Position numbers and translations under genes: made by a program
Part shown: piece by piece, positions 58,642 to 64,000 of the stretch
Layout of the letters: each line of letters begins with the position of its first letter
Numbering within the stretch: position 1 is the stretch's first letter
NCBI GenBank assembly: GCA_050263095.1
Contig: JBLNEW010000068.1
Span: 14,570-78,569 of the forward strand
Source: Deltaproteobacteria bacterium
GTDB taxonomy: Bacteria > Desulfobacterota > Deferrimicrobia > Deferrimicrobiales > Deferrimicrobiaceae
Reading direction: 5' to 3'
DNA length: 64,000 bases
The notes under the pieces: generated by a model
The model's database searches: none
Seen by the model: the letters and a program-made list of their open reading frames with translations, nothing else
Told to the model about the DNA's origin: nothing

Positions 58642-59346
58642 ATGGCCATCCTGGCATTAAGTTGTACAAAATGTGGCAAAGAAAAGCCGATATTTATGGG
58701 GGATGAATTCGCCGGCATTAGGGATGAAATTGCCGGCAATGTGATCCATTGCGATGCATGCCACGAAATAATAATAAGATGCAGAGTTATAAGAGGTTAT
58801 ATCTACGTGTTATCTAATCCGTCGATGCCAGGACTATATAAGATTGGTATGACAAGAAGGCCACTGGGAGACAGAGTTAATGAATTGGGAGCGTCAACTG
58901 GGGTTCCAACACCTTTTGTTGTTGAGGCATACTTCGAAACCAACGACCCAGAAGAGCATGAGAGAAAGGTTCATATCGCCCTTGGGGAATACCGGATGCC
59001 AAGCAAAGAATTTTTCAGACTGCGTCTTGAGGAAGTGCTGAAAGCCGTTAAGGACATATGCGGACTGGAAAGCGTATCCAATAATTATTATTTTCAGGTT
59101 AATCAAGATGATAGCCAAGCGGAATACCCCGACGGAGCCCCACGAGAGTACCGAGGACAGTCTGAGCATCTCTTTCAAAAATGTCCACCGGTTGGGCATG
59201 AAAGAATCTTCGGAATCAGTTTGAACAGCAACATGAGGGCTCAATGTCGAAGCTGTGGCGCATTGTTATCACCACGAGCATCGGTTTGTGGATTCTGTAA
59301 TAAACCTCTGGAGGACAAAGACGTAATTATTGTTGAAAAAAAGTGA
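58642..59346 (+). CDS. cassette ORF 6: T5orf172/GIY-YIG-like domain protein flanked by N- and C-terminal zinc ribbons
   Basis: 234 aa. GYIYVLSNPSMPGLYKIGMTRRPLGDRVNEL...PFVVEAYFETNDPEEHERKVHIAL...EFF matches the T5orf172 (GIY-YIG-related) pattern. CTKCGK...CDAC and CRSCG...CGFC ribbons. Confidence 0.6.
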   Translation: MAILALSCTKCGKEKPIFMGDEFAGIRDEIAGNVIHCDACHEIIIRCRVIRGYIYVLSNPSMPGLYKIGMTRRPLGDRVNELGASTGVPTPFVVEAYFETNDPEEHERKVHIALGEYRMPSKEFFRLRLEEVLKAVKDICGLESVSNNYYFQVNQDDSQAEYPDGAPREYRGQSEHLFQKCPPVGHERIFGISLNSNMRAQCRSCGALLSPRASVCGFCNKPLEDKDVIIVEKK

Positions 59347-59521
59347 CGATGTATTAGTGAAAATTGGCCTATGTGCCTAACAAGCACAGGCGTATACGAA
59401 GACATGAAAAAAAATATGATTCCTCCGCGGATGGGATATTCTCGACAAAAAGGAGGTCGACTTCGAGGTGAACAGATGTTGACATTTCCAATGCCTACGA
59501 TCCTTCAGGTGGCCTGAGACG

Positions 59522-62500
59522 ATGAACGACGAATACGCGCAATCGAATGGCATCCAAGGGTTTTCACAAAAAGTCCTCCGATATTTCCTGAACTTCCTTC
59601 AGTCGGATTTCAAGAGGCAGCATGCCCCGCGTCGTCGTATACATTTGCATTCGGATGCCGGCTTCCGAATGGGAATGCCACTCAGGAAATACGACTCACT
59701 TTACAAGGCCTCGTGGAAACTCGTCGACACCACTCCGGACGGAGGATTGTCTCTCCGGATCGCTCCCGATCAGTTCCGGGCTCCAATCAATCCGACGCTG
59801 CGTGACCTCATCCGGCAGTACATCAATGCCATCGAAGACTGCACGATTTCAGGCATAGCAAAGACCACGGTCGAGTTTGCCGCGGGGAGGATCGTATCTG
59901 CCGCGAAGGACCCGGAGAAATTCGTCGAATCCGTCCAGGTCCATTTCGCCGAAGAAATCGGTAAGCACATCGTCCAACCCCTTCTGTCTTTACTGGAGGC
60001 ACCATTCAGGGATGCAGCCTATTCGGCCATCGAGTCCATATACGAGATCGAGGCCGACCTCACGGATGTCATCGCGTCAAGAACCCTTGAGAATCTCCCG
60101 CTGGCTATCAATACGTTGATTGTCTCGGGCAACACAGCGCCAATGCGAGACCTCTTCGCGGATTCCTTCTCCCCTCAGGACGTCCGGTTCCGCGTGCAAT
60201 CGTTCTTCGTCGATGTCGCTACCTCCGACGCCTTCCAGGAACTGCGCGACCTCCAAAACTCACTGCGTTCCGCGGAAAACCAGTCCATATACCTATACTT
60301 CTGCGACTTGAAGTTCGGACACAATATTTTCCCGCTGTTCTACATTCCATCCACGCTTACATACGATGAAGGGGACCGGGCATTCATTCTCGACTTCGAG
60401 CCGCACCTTTTCGTTAACAAGCAGGCGGTCGACTGGATTCTCCAAGAACATAAGGGGGAAACAGCTTCCCTCCCCATTTCCCCAGTGGCCGACCGCATCG
60501 TCTATCTGGACGGCAAGCGGTCTTTCCTCGAGGAAATGGAGACCGTTTTCTCCCGCCTCATCCTCGCGTTCGAGTTGGCTGCCGGTATCGACCTACAGAG
60601 GAAAACACTCCAACAGGTATCCTCGCCGATGCTGAAGATCACAACCGCCGCATACCTCGCAGTCTTCGACAAGTCGGACGAATCGCTGATCAACGACTAT
60701 GAGGAGCTTCTCGCCGCTTTCAACGAGGAACAGAAGAGCGCCGGCGACCTCTTCGAAAACATCATCAAGGGTTTCTTATTCGATAACCCCGTCTCCGTTT
60801 CCTCGGCTGTCGAGTCTGCATGGGACGAGATGACCATCCCCGACCGTCTGGTAGCCGTCTCGCCGATCCCCGTGAATGAGGAGCAACGGAAGATCCTAAT
60901 GGCCTTGAAAAATCCTAACTGCAACTATGTATCCGTCCAGGGACCTCCGGGAACTGGAAAATCACACACAATCACGGCAATTGCGTTCGAAGGGATCCTA
61001 AACGGTCAGAGCGTCCTCATCCTCTCCGACAAGACCGAAGCTCTCGACGTCGTGCAAGACAAACTGGAATCAGCCCTTTCCAAGGTGCGGCACGGAGACG
61101 AAGATTTCCCCAACGCTATCCTGCGGCTGGGAAGATCCGGAGGCACCTACAACCGCCTCGTGTCCGCGTCAGCCCAAGCGAAGATCAAATGCCACCACAA
61201 AGCGGCAATCAGTCACGAGGAGGACCTCAGAAAACAATACGAAGAGACGTCGGCCACGCTGCGCGCTGACATCGGGAAAACAGTCGAATCCCTATCCTCG
61301 ATCAGGATTGATGTTCTGAACGAACTGCACGCGCTTGAAGCCGAGATCGAAACCGTCCGACCGGAGATCATCTCCAGGCTCCAGAGGCCTTCGGAGCCCG
61401 TCCGCATTCCCGTACTCGCTCCCTTGGCTGGCGCGGCCCACTTTCCCTCGGCGTCCGCGGTTCTGACCCGGGCTTTCCGGGAAGGCGGTAGCAACACACT
61501 CCAATACCTCGTCCCCCATCTTTCCGCTTGGGAGCGCGCAGGGCAACTGGCCGGGGATGTTGGACCGCGCGACCCACTGTCGGTTTTCTCCACGCTCGAA
61601 TCCAGCCACCACGAGACACTCCTCCGGTACATCGCCCGGTACGAATCGCTACGCATGCCGATTATCGGCTGGCTATTCCGGCGGGCAGCGGTTCGCGAAA
61701 CCGACCTCAAGGCCGGCTCCGATCTACCCTGTCCCGACCCGATTGACCTTCACAAGCGATTGCCGCACATGAAGCGTGCGGCTCGCGTCCTGGGTCTTCT
61801 TTGCGACACGTTCACCCGCGAGGGACTTCAGGAACATCTTGTAGGCTTCGCGTATCGCCTTCTCAGGGAAGGCGAGGCTACGCATGCTGATGTTCCCGCG
61901 CTGGCGTCTCTGGCGAGGGAGTTCTCATCGGTTATCGCTGGTTCTCCCTCGAATGCCGATACTCTGCTTCGTTCAGAGGATTTCCGAACCCCGGAGGAAC
62001 TTTTCGCATTCATCGCAAAAGCCGTCAGGTACTCCGCTCTCTGGTCAGACATCGTCGGACATATGGGGAGAGTTCCGAAGACCGACTACGTCGGCACCAA
62101 GATCCGGCTCGAGCAACTGAACACCACTCGGATGACCCGCGAGATCGACAGCCGCTTCCTCGAATTCGTCGATCAAAAGAAGGCGACGGTTAAAGAGATC
62201 GGCGGCGTCATCAAGCACAAGCAGAAATTCCCAGAGGACGAGTTCCACCACCTTTCGGACGCGTTTCCCATCATCATCGCCGGCATCCGGGAGTACGCCG
62301 AATATGTCCCTCTCAAGCAGAGGTTGTTCGACCTGGTCGTAATCGACGAAGCCAGCCAGGTGTCTGTCGCCCAAGCACTCCCGGCTGTCCTCCGTGCAAA
62401 GAAGATCGTCGTCTTCGGCGACGCAAAACAGTTCTCGAACGTGAAGTCCTCGCAAGCGAGTATCGCTATCAACGCAGGCTACCTGACCGACATCGAGGCG

Positions 62501-63910
62501 TATTTCCGAGACAACGTCGCCGATGCGACGACAAAGATCCAGCGGTTGAAGCATTTCGATGTAAAGAAATCGATCCTCGAATTCTTCGACCTCATCGCCA
62601 ACTACCAGACGATGCTCCGCAAACACTTCCGCGGCTATCAGGAATTGATCAGCTTCTCGTCGAAAACCTTCTATGACGGACAGCTGCAGGCGATTAAAAT
62701 CCGCAGTAAACCCATTCAGGAGGTGCTCCGCTTCGAGGTTCTCGAGTCTGTCCCGGAAAGCCCTGTCAAGAACGTGAACCGGGCCGAGGCCGAATTTATC
62801 CTCAAGGAACTTCGCCGGATGATCGACGATGGCGATGAGATGTCCATCGGCGTCATTACGCCGTTCCGGGAACAGGTCAAGCTCCTCAACGAGATCCTTT
62901 TCCGCGACGCGTACGGCGAAAAGTTCGAGTCCGAGCTTCGCCTGAAGATCATGACCTTCGATACCTGCCAGGGTGAGGAGCGCGACCTGATCATCTTCAG
63001 CATGGTCGCAACTGCCAAGCGGGATCTGCTCAACTATGTATTCCCCGTCACGCTCGATGCCGAAACCCAGGATTCTGACAGGCTCAAGGTCCAGCGCCTG
63101 AACGTCGGATTCAGCCGCGGCAAGGAAGCGTTTCTGTTCGTCCTCTCCAAGCCGGCCGACCAGTTTCGTGGTTCGATCGGAATCGTTCTGAACCACTACA
63201 AGAATATCCTGGATGACAGGTCCCGGGCAGACAAGCTGGGTGTTGACCCGACATCCCCGATGGAAATCAAGGTTCTCGACTGGATCTACAAGACGCCTTT
63301 CTGCCAGATCAACGAAGAACGGATCGAGGTCGTCCCGCAATTCCCGGTGGGGGAGTACCTCAGGCAATTGGACCCGTTCTATGCGCATCCGGCCTATTGT
63401 TGCGATTTCCTCGTCCGCTACTATGACGGGCAAACCACTGCCAATGTCATCATCGAATACGACGGGTTTGCCGAGCACTTCGTAGAGAGGAATAAAATCC
63501 ACAACGGGAACTGGGAACTCTACTATCGCCCCGAGGATATCGAACGCCAGATGGTCATCGAGTCCTACGGCTACAAATTCCTGCGCCTGAACCGGTTCAA
63601 CACCGGGAATGACCCGGTGGATTATATGTCGAAGCGCCTATACGAACTCGTGGAGGTAGCCTCAAAGGCCGACGAGGACAGCAGCCCTGTTGCTCATATC
63701 AAGGACGACGCGGAAGGAATCGAGAACGGTAGCAAGCGGTGTTGTCCTAAGTGCGGAGAGATCCGCAAAGCCCAAGAGTTCTGGGACCCCAAGCTCAAGA
63801 GCGGAAGTGGAGGATACGGTCGGAACTGTCTGGAGTGCAAACAGGCGGCGCTCAAGGCCCGTTCGGGAGGGAAAACAAGGAGGTGGCGTTCCCGCTATAG
63901 ATACCGTTGA
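59522..63910 (+). CDS. large SF1 helicase (AAA_11/AAA_12, Upf1-like) with long N-terminal domain and C-terminal Vsr/DUF559-like endonuclease domain plus terminal zinc ribbon; Hhe-like defence architecture
   Basis: 1462 aa. Walker A VQGPPGTGKSHTI, motif II VVIDEASQV, motif III VVFGDAKQF, motifs V/VI TFDTCQGEERDLIIFSMV...NVGFSRGK. C-terminal IIEYDGFAEHF...D..R......GYKFLRLNRF is the DUF559/Vsr-like PD-(D/E)xK pattern. CPKCGE...CLEC at the extreme C-terminus. Confidence 0.75.
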   Translation: MNDEYAQSNGIQGFSQKVLRYFLNFLQSDFKRQHAPRRRIHLHSDAGFRMGMPLRKYDSLYKASWKLVDTTPDGGLSLRIAPDQFRAPINPTLRDLIRQYINAIEDCTISGIAKTTVEFAAGRIVSAAKDPEKFVESVQVHFAEEIGKHIVQPLLSLLEAPFRDAAYSAIESIYEIEADLTDVIASRTLENLPLAINTLIVSGNTAPMRDLFADSFSPQDVRFRVQSFFVDVATSDAFQELRDLQNSLRSAENQSIYLYFCDLKFGHNIFPLFYIPSTLTYDEGDRAFILDFEPHLFVNKQAVDWILQEHKGETASLPISPVADRIVYLDGKRSFLEEMETVFSRLILAFELAAGIDLQRKTLQQVSSPMLKITTAAYLAVFDKSDESLINDYEELLAAFNEEQKSAGDLFENIIKGFLFDNPVSVSSAVESAWDEMTIPDRLVAVSPIPVNEEQRKILMALKNPNCNYVSVQGPPGTGKSHTITAIAFEGILNGQSVLILSDKTEALDVVQDKLESALSKVRHGDEDFPNAILRLGRSGGTYNRLVSASAQAKIKCHHKAAISHEEDLRKQYEETSATLRADIGKTVESLSSIRIDVLNELHALEAEIETVRPEIISRLQRPSEPVRIPVLAPLAGAAHFPSASAVLTRAFREGGSNTLQYLVPHLSAWERAGQLAGDVGPRDPLSVFSTLESSHHETLLRYIARYESLRMPIIGWLFRRAAVRETDLKAGSDLPCPDPIDLHKRLPHMKRAARVLGLLCDTFTREGLQEHLVGFAYRLLREGEATHADVPALASLAREFSSVIAGSPSNADTLLRSEDFRTPEELFAFIAKAVRYSALWSDIVGHMGRVPKTDYVGTKIRLEQLNTTRMTREIDSRFLEFVDQKKATVKEIGGVIKHKQKFPEDEFHHLSDAFPIIIAGIREYAEYVPLKQRLFDLVVIDEASQVSVAQALPAVLRAKKIVVFGDAKQFSNVKSSQASIAINAGYLTDIEAYFRDNVADATTKIQRLKHFDVKKSILEFFDLIANYQTMLRKHFRGYQELISFSSKTFYDGQLQAIKIRSKPIQEVLRFEVLESVPESPVKNVNRAEAEFILKELRRMIDDGDEMSIGVITPFREQVKLLNEILFRDAYGEKFESELRLKIMTFDTCQGEERDLIIFSMVATAKRDLLNYVFPVTLDAETQDSDRLKVQRLNVGFSRGKEAFLFVLSKPADQFRGSIGIVLNHYKNILDDRSRADKLGVDPTSPMEIKVLDWIYKTPFCQINEERIEVVPQFPVGEYLRQLDPFYAHPAYCCDFLVRYYDGQTTANVIIEYDGFAEHFVERNKIHNGNWELYYRPEDIERQMVIESYGYKFLRLNRFNTGNDPVDYMSKRLYELVEVASKADEDSSPVAHIKDDAEGIENGSKRCCPKCGEIRKAQEFWDPKLKSGSGGYGRNCLECKQAALKARSGGKTRRWRSRYRYR

Positions 63911-63965
63911 TCGAGAAAACAATACGACTCTTTGAAACCAAGAACCTTTCACAAGGAGGCGTTCC

Positions 63966-64000
63966 ATGAGGGTTGAGCTGACCTTGCCGGAAGAGTTCGC
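63966..64000 (+). CDS. start of an unidentified gene (MRVELTLPEEF...), truncated by window end
   Basis: AAGGAGG RBS 6 nt upstream of ATG; only 11 codons visible. Confidence 0.25.
   Translation, partial: MRVELTLPEEF

Larger units (their letters stand above)
53807..64000. mobile_element. tRNA-Thr-associated genomic island of foreign (visibly AT-richer) DNA, extending to or beyond the window end; holds degraded P4-like integration module, attC-type cassette array and Hhe-like helicase-nuclease
   Basis: Abrupt composition change immediately 3' of the tRNA. Integrase pseudogene abuts the tRNA 3' end. Primase and excisionase remnants present. None of the island genes has housekeeping character. 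Right boundary not seen. Confidence 0.6.

Overview
Most of the window (1-53.8 kb) is high-GC chromosomal DNA that looks deltaproteobacterial (Desulfobacterota/Geobacter/Syntrophobacter-like). I infer this only from gene content and coupling style. Left to right it contains: coaX-birA; a predicted UxxC thioredoxin-fold selenoprotein with a downstream hairpin; a methylmalonyl-CoA-type cluster (acyl-CoA mutase catalytic subunit, BCCP, biotin carboxylase, carboxyltransferase); a GlcD/GlcF-like FAD/Fe-S oxidoreductase pair; an alpha/beta hydrolase; a membrane HdrDE-like protein; an HTH-ADP-ribosylglycohydrolase fusion; acyl-CoA dehydrogenase with TetR and IclR regulators; a TPR lipoprotein; then one long minus-strand run folK-dapL-FAH-dapB-dapA-dapF-lysA-(small lipoprotein)-argH-argG-argF-argD-argB-hslU-hslV-xerC/D-trmFO-pilS-pilC-pilT-pilB-aroE-HNH-selA with many 4-nt stop/start overlaps. 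After that come a GntR regulator, a sugar-phosphate isomerase, a GAF-HD-GYP / STAS / AAA-RsbW-kinase module, a fused radical-SAM/DUF2344 protein, and RNase G. At 53.73 kb a tRNA-Thr(CGT) marks an abrupt switch to visibly AT-richer DNA (GC not computed) that runs to the window end. That island holds frameshifted remnants of a P4-like integrase and primase, an AlpA-like excisionase gene, and an array of co-oriented small ORFs separated by four conserved attC-like recombination sites (RYYYAAC...GTTRRRY with an extrahelical-G asymmetry). I read this as an integron-type gene-cassette array with no integron integrase in the window. Cargo includes an RNase HI-like protein, a T5orf172/GIY-YIG-like zinc-ribbon protein and, after the array, a 1462-aa SF1 helicase with a C-terminal Vsr/DUF559 nuclease domain (Hhe-like defence architecture). 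Coordinates of hand-mapped features (tRNA, repeats, re-called starts) may be off by 1-2 nt. I saw no rRNA or CRISPR array. Many long Arg/Pro-rich antisense ORFs in the track are GC artefacts.
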